From positions 6,073-70,072 of the forward strand of contig CAZVLT010000001.1 in assembly GCA_964628105.1 (NCBI GenBank): DNA of 64,000 nucleotides. Reading direction: 5' to 3'. Shown one piece after another: positions 19,219 to 27,708 of this stretch. The number at the start of each line of letters is the position of its first letter. The stretch's first letter is position 1. The notes below the pieces were generated by a model. It had not been told where the DNA came from and searched no databases. It worked only from the letters and a program-made list of their open reading frames with translations. Position numbers and translations under genes: made by a program. This DNA comes from an uncultured Woeseiaceae bacterium (GTDB taxonomy: Bacteria > Pseudomonadota > Gammaproteobacteria > Steroidobacterales > Woeseiaceae).

Positions 19219-19982
19219 TCACGGAACGAAGAATCCAGCCGGTCCAGTTTGCGCAGCAAACCAGGCCAGACCAGTGCGCCGCCGAGTCCCTTCAGCACAT
19301 GCTCGGCCTGCGCCTGAATACCGTCGACAACCGGCTGCGGCACCTGAATAAGATCGCCACCCGAAGACTGCGCCATTATCTGAATCTGGCAAGCCGTCTC
19401 CAACGCATACATGAGCAAGAACGCGTCCGCGATCGTCGCGCCTGCAGTCAACAAGCCGTGATTGCGCAGAATCATCGCATTACTCTCGCCGAGGTCCGCG
19501 ACAAGTCGCGGCTTTTCGTCCTCGTTGAGCGCGATGCCCTCGTAGTCATGATAGGCCAGCGTGATATACGCAAATAAAGAGATCTGTGAGATCGGCAGCA
19601 GTCCTTCTGCTTGTGCAGATACCGCAATGCCCGCCTTCGTGTGTGTGTGCAGAACACAACCGACGTCATGACGCGCCTCGTGCACGGCGCTGTGAATCAC
19701 GAATCCGGCCGGATTCACCGGATGCGGAGACTCCATAATCTTGTCACCGTTCTGGCCCACTTTGACCAGGTTGCTCGCCGCTATTTCCTCAAACAACATG
19801 CCATAGGGGTTGATCAGGAAGTGATTCTCAGGACCCGGAATGCGCGCGGAAATGTGTGTAAAGACAAGGTCGTCCCAGCCGTACATCGCGATGAGTCGAT
19901 AGCAGGCCGCAAGATCCGTTCTGAGCTGCCACTCCTCAGAAGAAACCTGATTTTGGACCGATTTCTTGCCCTTCATGGCCAT
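19215..19982 (-). CDS. Class II aldolase/adducin-family protein
   Basis: HTHTKAGIAVS, LRNHGLLT motifs. Start taken at ATG 19982 (MAMKGKK); the ORF extends to 20033. Confidence 0.75.
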   Translation of the reverse strand: MAMKGKKSVQNQVSSEEWQLRTDLAACYRLIAMYGWDDLVFTHISARIPGPENHFLINPYGMLFEEIAASNLVKVGQNGDKIMESPHPVNPAGFVIHSAVHEARHDVGCVLHTHTKAGIAVSAQAEGLLPISQISLFAYITLAYHDYEGIALNEDEKPRLVADLGESNAMILRNHGLLTAGATIADAFLLMYALETACQIQIMAQSSGGDLIQVPQPVVDGIQAQAEHVLKGLGGALVWPGLLRKLDRLDSSFRD

Positions 19983-20125
19983 TCTCCGCTTGTGACTGTT
20001 GATGGATGCGGCTGAAACCCGATTTTCTCTCATAACAGGTTGCCTTATTCCTTTTTGATTGCAACCGTTTTGCGATCCAGAGCATCAAATAATTACTAAA
20101 TACGCATAACTAGGTTGAAATTCGC

Positions 20126-20305
20126 GTGTCTCCAAAAGCAATTATCGTCATATTGTGGGCCTGTGTTGTTGCAGGCGCTGCCGTGGCCAGCGAAAAACTT
20201 CGTACGCGTCTCGATTACGAAGAACACACTATCGAGTTGCATGAAATGCACAAGTCGCATTTGCGGGTGAAACAGCATTGCGACTCGTTAGATAGATTGA
20301 CGTAA
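20126..20305 (+). CDS. Small (59 aa) predicted exported protein; GTG start
   Basis: VSPKAIIVILWACVVAGAAVASEKL... is a signal-peptide-like N-terminus. The ORF ends 40 nt before a very strong plus-strand terminator. Below the ORF-track length cut-off. Confidence 0.45.
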   Translation: MSPKAIIVILWACVVAGAAVASEKLRTRLDYEEHTIELHEMHKSHLRVKQHCDSLDRLT

Positions 20306-20345
20306 CAAACTGAATATCCCTTATGCTGTTTGTTTCGTACTGATT

Positions 20346-20375
20346 GGCGGTGGCTTTTGCCACCGCCTTTTTTTT
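20346..20375 (+). terminator. Rho-independent terminator
   Basis: GGCGGTGGC (20346-20354), loop TTTT, GCCACCGCC (20359-20367), followed by T8 (20368-20375). The U-tract exists only in the plus orientation. Confidence 0.85.
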
Positions 20376-20385
20376 GCCATGATGC

Positions 20386-22449
20386 CTACCACATCTCTCG
20401 CATACGGGCCGCCACATCGATGCGTTTGTCCGAGCGAGTCTGGAATCGACGCGCGCCCGATTCGGCACGCCCCTTGAAACATTTCTCCATCGTCGCCAGC
20501 AACGGCTCGGACATGAAACGGCTACGCGCACCGTAGACATGCTTGTCTCCATCCCTGCGCTGCTGCGTCACGTGATAACGCAGCGGCGCGATCAACGACA
20601 ACGATTGCTTCGCACGCGTCATAGCAACGTACAGCAAGCGTCGCTCTTCCTCGATCAGTTCGGGTTTTCCCGTTGCAAACTCGGATGGAAAATTTCCATC
20701 TGACACATTCAAAATAAATACTGAGTCCCATTCCTGACCTTTCGCGGAGTGGACCGTCGAGAGAATCAGGTAGTCCTCGTCGAGTAACGGGTCTCCTGCA
20801 AGATCGCCGACCGCTGACGGCGGATCGAGCGTCAGTTCGGTGAGAAATCGCTCTCGGCTTGGATAACGCCCTGATATCTGTTCCAACTGCTCAAGGTCAG
20901 CCTCCCGCGTATCAATTCCGTCGTAAATTCGCTCCAGGTGAGGCTGGTACCAGCGGCGTACCTCGGTCAATTGCGACTGCCAGCCATGAACATCCGATGC
21001 GGCATTTGCAAGCGATTCCAGTAATTCACAAAAGCCCGGCCACTCAGTGCTCGCCGCCGCCGGCGCGCGGAAGTTTCGTAGCGATGAAAACAGGAAGTCC
21101 CCATTCGTCAACTGCTCAAAACAACGCATGGCATTTGCTGGCCCCATACCCGGTAACAACTTTAGCACCCTGAATGCCGCAACTTCGTTCTTCGGGTTCT
21201 CCGCCCACTTGAGTACTGACAACAGGTCCTTGACGTGCGCTGCCTCGAGGAACTTCAATCCACCGTACTTCACATACGGAATGTTGCGCCTGACCAATTC
21301 GAGTTCGAGTCGATCGCTATGATGCGAGCCCCGAAACAGTACGGCCTGCTCCTTGAGTTGCATCCCCAACTCTCGATTCTCGAGAATCGCCGCAACAACG
21401 AACTCAGCCTCTGCATCGCCATCCTCGACCGTCACGTAACGTGGCCTGCCGCCGTCCTTGCGATCGGAAAACAGGTTCTTACGATACTGCCGTTCGCTTT
21501 CAGAAATCAGGCAGTTCGCACTGTCGAGTATGGGTTGCGACGAGCGGTAATTCTGTTCGAGCGTGATGATTTGCGCCGATGGCATGTATTGATCCGGAAA
21601 ACCGAGGATGTTTTCAACCTCTGCGGCGCGGAACGAATAGATAGACTGCGCATCGTCACCAACAACCGTAACGCCGACCCCGTCGGGTTTCAGCGCATTC
21701 AGAATCTGCGCCTGAACGAGATTCGTATCCTGATATTCATCGACAAGTACGTGGTCGAACCACGAGCCGATTTCTTTCGCGAATTCAGCCTCGGCGACAA
21801 GGTGTCCCCAGTACAAGAGCAAGTCGTCGTAATCGAGCACCTGGCTACGCTGCTTTCGTTGCACGTAATGCCGGAACAGTTCGCCGAGTTCGTCAACCCA
21901 GTCAATACACCACGGGTAGGTCTCCTGCAAAGTTTTTGGCAACGGCTTTTGCGTATTCACACAGCGCGAATAGATGCCAAGGCAAGTATCTTTTTTCGGG
22001 AACCTGCGCGAGGTTCGGGTGAGATTCAATTCATGACGCACGACGTCCATTACGTCCGCTGCATCGCCGCGATCAAGCACCGAAAATCCCGGGTCCAGTC
22101 CAAGGTTTTGTGCATAGCGACGCAGCAGCCGATTAGCAACCGAATGAAACGTGCCCGACCATGGCAGGCCACCTGCGGGCAACGCCAATGATTTTGCTTG
22201 CCGCGTTGCGGCATGGACGATGGCCTCGACTCGCCGTGTCATTTCCTGTGCAGCGCGACGCGTAAAAGTTAACAGCAGAATACGTTCAGGACTTATGCCC
22301 GAAATGACCAAGTGCGCGACACGGTGCGCCAGGGTCATTGTTTTTCCCGTGCCGGCGCCCGCAATGACAAGCAGCGGCCCGGAGTGAAAAGCATGTTGGC
22401 CCATTTGCTCGCCGTACTCGGCCGCCTGCCGTTGAGCCGGGTTCAGCAT
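20386..22449 (-). CDS. UvrD/Rep/PcrA-family ATP-dependent DNA helicase
   Basis: Walker A AGAGTGKT, TFTRRAAQEM (Ia), VDEYQDT (II), SQ...YRS, TVHSAKGQEWD (V/VI). ATG 22449 is preferred; TTG 22500 would abut the SOS-box-like site (22503-22522), leaving no promoter or 5' UTR. Confidence 0.9.
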   Translation of the reverse strand: MLNPAQRQAAEYGEQMGQHAFHSGPLLVIAGAGTGKTMTLAHRVAHLVISGISPERILLLTFTRRAAQEMTRRVEAIVHAATRQAKSLALPAGGLPWSGTFHSVANRLLRRYAQNLGLDPGFSVLDRGDAADVMDVVRHELNLTRTSRRFPKKDTCLGIYSRCVNTQKPLPKTLQETYPWCIDWVDELGELFRHYVQRKQRSQVLDYDDLLLYWGHLVAEAEFAKEIGSWFDHVLVDEYQDTNLVQAQILNALKPDGVGVTVVGDDAQSIYSFRAAEVENILGFPDQYMPSAQIITLEQNYRSSQPILDSANCLISESERQYRKNLFSDRKDGGRPRYVTVEDGDAEAEFVVAAILENRELGMQLKEQAVLFRGSHHSDRLELELVRRNIPYVKYGGLKFLEAAHVKDLLSVLKWAENPKNEVAAFRVLKLLPGMGPANAMRCFEQLTNGDFLFSSLRNFRAPAAASTEWPGFCELLESLANAASDVHGWQSQLTEVRRWYQPHLERIYDGIDTREADLEQLEQISGRYPSRERFLTELTLDPPSAVGDLAGDPLLDEDYLILSTVHSAKGQEWDSVFILNVSDGNFPSEFATGKPELIEEERRLLYVAMTRAKQSLSLIAPLRYHVTQQRRDGDKHVYGARSRFMSEPLLATMEKCFKGRAESGARRFQTRSDKRIDVAARMREMW

Positions 22450-22502
22450 TCCCAGGTGATCAAATTCCCGCTCGGCAAGTTGCACGACAAATCCTCGCAA
22501 AA

Positions 22503-22522
22503 GTATGTATTTTTATACAGTA
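22503..22522 (-). promoter_or_regulatory. Candidate LexA (SOS) box upstream of the helicase gene
   Basis: The minus strand reads TACTGTATAAAAATACATAC, which is CTGT-N8-ACAT. That is 15/20 identical to the gammaproteobacterial consensus TACTGTATATATATACAGTA. It overlaps a TATAAA -10-like element and lies 54 nt upstream of ATG 22449. Confidence 0.5.
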
Positions 22523-22600
22523 CTGGATGTATTTACAAGGTTTATAGCCGAAAATCGTCTCTGCCGCAGAGCAACGGCAGGTCGTGTATAAAATGCTTGG

Positions 22601-24961
22601 ATGACGTTTGATATCGCATTGGTCCTGGGCATTCTGGTTATCTCGTTGGTACTTTTTATCAGCGAGGCGATCCGCATGGACGTCGTCGCGCTGCTCGTCC
22701 TCGGCACTTTGGCTATCACCGGCCTGGTCGATTCCACCGCGGCCTTCGCCGGATTCAGCAACAGCGCCGTAATCACGGTCTGGGCGATGTTTATCCTTAG
22801 CGAAGGCCTGACACGAACGGGCATCGCCGACATAATCGGCCGCCAGGTCCTGCGCACGGGCGGCACTCGCGAAGTGCCTTTGATCTTCGTCATCATGATC
22901 ACTGGCGCGGTTCTTTCCGCATTCATGAACAACATCGGCGTCGCGGCGCTCATGCTGCCCGTCGTTGTCGATGTCGCGCGGCGCACCGGAATTCCCGCGT
23001 CCCGGCTTCTGATGCCGCTCGCCTTTTCGACGCTGCTTGGCGGTCTCACAACATTGATTGGTACACCTCCGAACATCCTGATCAGTGAATTGATGGTGCT
23101 CAACGGCGAGGAGCCATTCGAGCTGTTCGATTTCACGCCTTTGGGCGGCGCGGTCATGATCATTGGCGTGTTGTTCGTTGCGCTGTTTGGCCGCCTTCTT
23201 CTGCCCAAAGTAAGCGTCAAGCATGACCGACACGTCAGCCAACGCAGTTTGCGATCACAGTATAAATTGCAGGAACGCACTTTCATGATGTATGTGCCGA
23301 TGAGCTCGGTACTCGTCGGCAAGAAACTTGCGGAGTCCCGTATTGGTTCCTCCACAGGCTTGATAATCCTTTCGCTACTGCGCAACGGCCGCAGTGAGAC
23401 TCTGCCTGGGCGGCAGACCGTAATACAGGGCGGTGACGGCCTGCTGGTGCAGGGACGGCTCGATCAATTCCGCGAGCTACGGCGTTGGAGCGACCTGGTT
23501 ATCGAACGTGAGGCGCCCGTACTCAAGTCCATGGTCGCGTCGCAGGTTGTGTATGCGTCGGTGACCATCAGCGAAGGATCGCCAGTCGTCGCAGAACTCG
23601 TCCGGCACGCTGCGTTCAGGACGCGCTTTGACGTCGCTGTTGTCGGCGTCATGCGTAAAGGCGGCTATCGCCTGACCAACCTCGCCTATGTGCCCATCAA
23701 GGCTGGCGACAAAGTGCTTGTGCAAGGAGAAGTCGAGGCGATTGCACAGCTGGACAAGTATTCTGATTTCGACGCGGTAGAAATATTCTCGTCCGAACGT
23801 CTTGCGGAGCAATATCACACGGATGAACGCATGTTCGTCGTCAGATTGCCGAAGCATAGCGACCTCGTGGGGGAGACGCTGCGGAAGAGTCGGTTAGCGG
23901 ATGTTTTCGATTTTCGCGTTCTCGCCGTTTTTCGGGACGGCGAATTAAAAGTAATGCCTCGCGGCGACGAGGTCTTGCTGGGTGGAGATCTATTGCTTAT
24001 CGAAGGGCAGCCCAGCGATCTGGATGTATTGCGCGGTCTGCAGGAACTTGAGATCGATACCGAGGTGCCAGCCAACCTTGGCGCCTTCGAATCCGAACGC
24101 CTTACACTGATGGATGCGACGCTTGATCCACGTAGTTCGCTGGGGGGAAGTTCGGTCGGCGAGTTAAATTTTCGCGAGCGCTATGGCATCGAGCTCGCGG
24201 GAATATGGCGTGAAGGCGAAACCGTCGGCACCGAGCTCGCGGATGAACGCTTGCAATTTGGCGACGCATTGTTACTACTCGGGCCACGCGATCGCTTACA
24301 GTTACTCGCCTCGGATTCAGACTTCCTGATTCTTACACCGCTGGGACAAGAGCCCCCGGACACACGCCGAGCACCCTTGGCCGGCGTGATCATGATGCTG
24401 GTTGTCGGCACCGTGATGCTCGGCTACGCGCCAATTCCCATCGCCGCGGTCATTGGCGGCACGATCATGGTACTGACCGGTTGCCTGAACATGGAGCAGG
24501 CCTACCGCGCGATTGATTGGCGCGCAATATTTCTTATCGCCGGAATGTTGCCGCTGGGGACGGCCATGCAGGATACAGGCGCCGCAACATTCCTGGCTGG
24601 CCAGGTGATGGGACTGCTCGGCGATGCTGGCCCCTGGCCGGTCATCATGGGTCTGTACATCCTGACGGCCATGGCGACTATGATTATTCCAACGGCTGCA
24701 CTGGTCGTACTGATGTCGCCGATCGTATTATCGGCGATGGCTGACATGGGGCTGCAGCCGGAAACCGCGATGATGGCGATCGCGATCGCGGCATCCGCCA
24801 GCTTTACGAGTCCGATCTCGCACCCTGCCAATATCCTGGTCATGGGCCCGGGTGGATACAGATTTGTGGATTACGTCAAGGTCGGCGTTCCGCTAACCAT
24901 CGTTGTGTTCATCACTGCGATGGTTTTGCTACCTGTTCTATGGCCGCTTGCACCCGTGTGA
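22601..24961 (+). CDS. SLC13/DASS-family anion permease with four central TrkA-C (RCK_C) domains
   Basis: N- and C-terminal transporter halves with SNSAVI and SPISHPAN hairpin motifs. The cytoplasmic insert contains four repeats of the pattern ...G.TL.ES.L....G..IL.I.R.G......P.....L..GD.LLV.G. Confidence 0.8.
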   Translation: MTFDIALVLGILVISLVLFISEAIRMDVVALLVLGTLAITGLVDSTAAFAGFSNSAVITVWAMFILSEGLTRTGIADIIGRQVLRTGGTREVPLIFVIMITGAVLSAFMNNIGVAALMLPVVVDVARRTGIPASRLLMPLAFSTLLGGLTTLIGTPPNILISELMVLNGEEPFELFDFTPLGGAVMIIGVLFVALFGRLLLPKVSVKHDRHVSQRSLRSQYKLQERTFMMYVPMSSVLVGKKLAESRIGSSTGLIILSLLRNGRSETLPGRQTVIQGGDGLLVQGRLDQFRELRRWSDLVIEREAPVLKSMVASQVVYASVTISEGSPVVAELVRHAAFRTRFDVAVVGVMRKGGYRLTNLAYVPIKAGDKVLVQGEVEAIAQLDKYSDFDAVEIFSSERLAEQYHTDERMFVVRLPKHSDLVGETLRKSRLADVFDFRVLAVFRDGELKVMPRGDEVLLGGDLLLIEGQPSDLDVLRGLQELEIDTEVPANLGAFESERLTLMDATLDPRSSLGGSSVGELNFRERYGIELAGIWREGETVGTELADERLQFGDALLLLGPRDRLQLLASDSDFLILTPLGQEPPDTRRAPLAGVIMMLVVGTVMLGYAPIPIAAVIGGTIMVLTGCLNMEQAYRAIDWRAIFLIAGMLPLGTAMQDTGAATFLAGQVMGLLGDAGPWPVIMGLYILTAMATMIIPTAALVVLMSPIVLSAMADMGLQPETAMMAIAIAASASFTSPISHPANILVMGPGGYRFVDYVKVGVPLTIVVFITAMVLLPVLWPLAPV

Positions 24962-24994
24962 CCGGATACAGTGAATCACGAAGGAGAAAATCGC

Positions 24995-26215
24995 GTGACC
25001 GATAAAATAGTCATTGCAGGCGCTGGTCATGCGGCCGGACAGGTCGTCGCAACACTCAAACAAAAGAAATATGCCGGAAAAATCGTGCTGGTTGGAGACG
25101 AGCCCTACTTGCCCTATCAGCGACCGCCGTTGTCGAAGAAATATCTCGCAGGTTTGTTGGCGGCTGAACGCCTGCATTTCAAACCGGCCGGGTTCTACGA
25201 CGACCCCGGGATCGAGGTTCGGTTACAGACCACCATCACGTCAATCGATCGCAACAAGACGTCTCTGCAAACAGAAAGTGGCGACACTATTTTCTACGAC
25301 AAACTGGTACTTGCACTTGGCGCGCGCGCACGGCACTTGCCGATAGACGGTACCGATCTCGCAGGTGTGCATTACATGCGCAACATTGCGGATGTTGATG
25401 GCATTCGTTCGGAATTCGGCAAGCAGCGCCGCGTCGTGATAGTCGGCGCCGGGTACATTGGCCTCGAAATAGCCGCCGTAATGCAACAGCAGGGCCTCAA
25501 TGTAACGGTTGTGGAGACCGAGGACCGTGTGATGAGTCGTGTCGTATCGCCGGAAATTTCTGACTTCTACCAGATCGAACATGCAAACAAGGGCGTGAAG
25601 CTTCGCTTGTCGACCAGCGTAGTCGCATTCCGGGGCGATAAGCGCGTGACGGCCGTCGAAACGACGGACGGCGAACAGATTCCGGCGGACTTTGTGGTAA
25701 TTGGCGTTGGCATCGTCGCAAATACGGAGCTCGCCGCGGCGGCGGGGCTTAACGTGGACAACGGTATCGTCGTTGACGATCAGTGTCGAAGCAGCGATCC
25801 CAATATCTATGCCGTCGGCGACTGCACGGCACATCCCAACGCTATTTATGACCGTCAGCTACGGCTTGAATCGGTACATAATGCTTTGGAACAGGCAAAG
25901 ACCGCCGCCGGCAACCTCTGCGGTGAGAAGACATATTATTCACAAGTGCCCTGGTTCTGGTCTGACCAGTATGACCTCAAGCTACAAATCGCCGGGTTGT
26001 CGGAAGGCTATGACGATGTTGTTGTTCGCGGCAATCCTGCGGACCGTTCGTTCGCGTGCCTGTATCTGAAGGGCGGAATACTGATTGCGACGGACGCGGT
26101 CAACGCCCCGCGTGATTTCATGCAATCCAAGGCATTGATCGCCAGCCGCGCGCAGCTCGATCGAGCAAGACTGGGCGACGCAAGTATTCCGCTACAGGAC
26201 TTCGTTGTCCAATGA
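24995..26215 (+). CDS. FAD/NAD(P)H ferredoxin (rubredoxin/putidaredoxin)-reductase-family oxidoreductase
   Basis: IAGAGHAAGQ and VIVGAGYIGLE dinucleotide folds, AVGDC, WFWSDQYD C-terminal motif. SD AAGGAG (24981-24986) sits 8 nt before GTG 24995. Confidence 0.85.
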   Translation: MTDKIVIAGAGHAAGQVVATLKQKKYAGKIVLVGDEPYLPYQRPPLSKKYLAGLLAAERLHFKPAGFYDDPGIEVRLQTTITSIDRNKTSLQTESGDTIFYDKLVLALGARARHLPIDGTDLAGVHYMRNIADVDGIRSEFGKQRRVVIVGAGYIGLEIAAVMQQQGLNVTVVETEDRVMSRVVSPEISDFYQIEHANKGVKLRLSTSVVAFRGDKRVTAVETTDGEQIPADFVVIGVGIVANTELAAAAGLNVDNGIVVDDQCRSSDPNIYAVGDCTAHPNAIYDRQLRLESVHNALEQAKTAAGNLCGEKTYYSQVPWFWSDQYDLKLQIAGLSEGYDDVVVRGNPADRSFACLYLKGGILIATDAVNAPRDFMQSKALIASRAQLDRARLGDASIPLQDFVVQ

Positions 26216-26884
26216 CGGCAATTCTATGATCAGGCGACCTTCCGCTGAGACAGGACCATCGTTAGCTGAATAAATGTAAGTCGACAACGACTCAACACCG
26301 TCCATAACATACCCCTGGTAAGCGCCCGAGCCACCGGTTACCTTAGCTGTCCGCAGCGCCCCCGGACCGTACGTGATATCGGAATGCCAGTTTCCCTTCC
26401 AGAAATCCGCTGAGCTGCGGTGTGCCGGAATGACTATTTCTCGCAGGTAGTTCCAGTAATTTTCCGATTGCTCGATGAAGAACGCACCCTTGCCCGGCAA
26501 GTATATGTACCAGATACTGTCGACGAGCGCTTCACCGCCCAACAAGTTGGTGCGCTCCGAAAGCGATGATATCTTGACGCCGACTCCGGCTGGTTGCTTG
26601 CGACCGTCGAGCAGTAAGGCCACCCTTGCGCTAGACTGACGAATGGGCTTCTCCCATAACTGCAACACCCTGTCTGGATACGGATTCGTCTCAGACTCAC
26701 CGTCATTCGTAAAAACGATGTTGTTCTCTGCTACTGCCGAATAACTCAAGGTGATGGTCTGCGCGTCAGTGACTGTCAAGGGCGACAGATTTTGTTTGTT
26801 CAGGAACGGGTTATAGATCAACGCGACGACGAATATTGCGGCGCCAACCGCGAGCCCCAGAATCAAAGCAGCTACGTATTTCAT
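26192..26884 (-). CDS. Hypothetical N-terminally membrane-anchored protein (230 aa), paralogue of the upstream gene
   Basis: N-terminal TM (MKYVAALILGLAVGAAIFVVALIY). Shares the block ALVDSIWYIYLPGKGAFFIEQS with the neighbour's NLIDWVLHLPARGSFFISMS. Confidence 0.6.
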   Translation of the reverse strand: MKYVAALILGLAVGAAIFVVALIYNPFLNKQNLSPLTVTDAQTITLSYSAVAENNIVFTNDGESETNPYPDRVLQLWEKPIRQSSARVALLLDGRKQPAGVGVKISSLSERTNLLGGEALVDSIWYIYLPGKGAFFIEQSENYWNYLREIVIPAHRSSADFWKGNWHSDITYGPGALRTAKVTGGSGAYQGYVMDGVESLSTYIYSANDGPVSAEGRLIIELPSLDNEVL

Positions 26885-27477
26885 TCGACCGGCTCCGCTG
26901 CATCGAAATCGACTGGCACCGCTGCGCCTACATATTGTGCAAACAGTTTGATGCGCCCTTCAGGAGCATCTTCCTCGCCTGAGGTATCCGCAACCCAGCG
27001 TTCCGTCATTGTTCCCTTCAACTGGGCGAACTCGTTTGTTCCTGCACTAAATACTCCGATGCGGTAGTTCCCTTGCATTGTGACAGGACTCATGCTGATG
27101 AAGAACGATCCGCGCGCCGGCAAATGCAAGACCCAATCGATCAAGTTCGTTTCGTCGTCTTTAGCTGCTGTTCGCGCAGCGATGCCGACGACTGTGTCGC
27201 GAGCATTGCGGATCTTGAAGAGCTCCATGCGCACGTTCGCCAGCACCGTATCCGCTGGCCATTCCATTCCGGCTGGCAGCGGCTCCTGCTGTCCCGGTGA
27301 GCCGGCCATGATCCGGTCCATCGGCACATTGATATGAAACGACTCCGTGTTCCCGCCGTTGGGTATTACGGTGATGATCGACGACTCACGATGCAGATCA
27401 ACAGCAGGAATGGCGTACAGAGCGCCCGCCGTGGCCGCGATGCCGAGAAAGATTCCAATAATGAATGTCCTGAACAA
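26881..27477 (-). CDS. Hypothetical N-terminally membrane-anchored protein (198 aa), paralogue of the downstream gene
   Basis: N-terminal TM (MFRTFIIGIFLGIAATAGALYAI). ATGA overlap with the downstream paralogue (26881-26884). Confidence 0.6.
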   Translation of the reverse strand: MFRTFIIGIFLGIAATAGALYAIPAVDLHRESSIITVIPNGGNTESFHINVPMDRIMAGSPGQQEPLPAGMEWPADTVLANVRMELFKIRNARDTVVGIAARTAAKDDETNLIDWVLHLPARGSFFISMSPVTMQGNYRIGVFSAGTNEFAQLKGTMTERWVADTSGEEDAPEGRIKLFAQYVGAAVPVDFDAAEPVE

Positions 27478-27708
27478 AGTGTTTTCACCAGGTGGTCTGG
27501 GAAGCCAATACTGGCAGCAGGCTTGAGTTTAGTTAAATTGCCCTGTCTGTCACACCCGCTGCCGCCTTTTTTGTGACAGAGCGCACAACAGAGCGCCGCT
27601 CAATCGATGATTACGCCTTCGAACACGACCGGGTCGCGCCATTTCCACACGCCAGCCGGCCCGGTACAATCCTGCAACCCAGTAGCCTGGTTGCGGAAAC
27701 CCACAACA

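Noticed and set aside
20096-20278. 60-aa minus-strand ORF in the aldolase-helicase gap
   Set aside because: It has no SD, no signal and no terminator. The plus-strand 59-aa ORF is the one that ends just upstream of a strong plus-oriented terminator.
20386-22500. UvrD-family helicase as part of a defence system (Gabija/Wadjet/AbiE-like)
   Set aside because: There is no partner nuclease, ATPase or methylase gene. The neighbours are housekeeping genes, and an SOS-box-like site fits a repair helicase instead.
22515-22532. Inverted repeat ATACA-N8-TGTAT containing the palindrome CAGTACTG, as a separate operator
   Set aside because: It overlaps the SOS-box-like sequence and is mostly explained by it. 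The ACAG...CTG halves are in the wrong orientation for a second LexA site.
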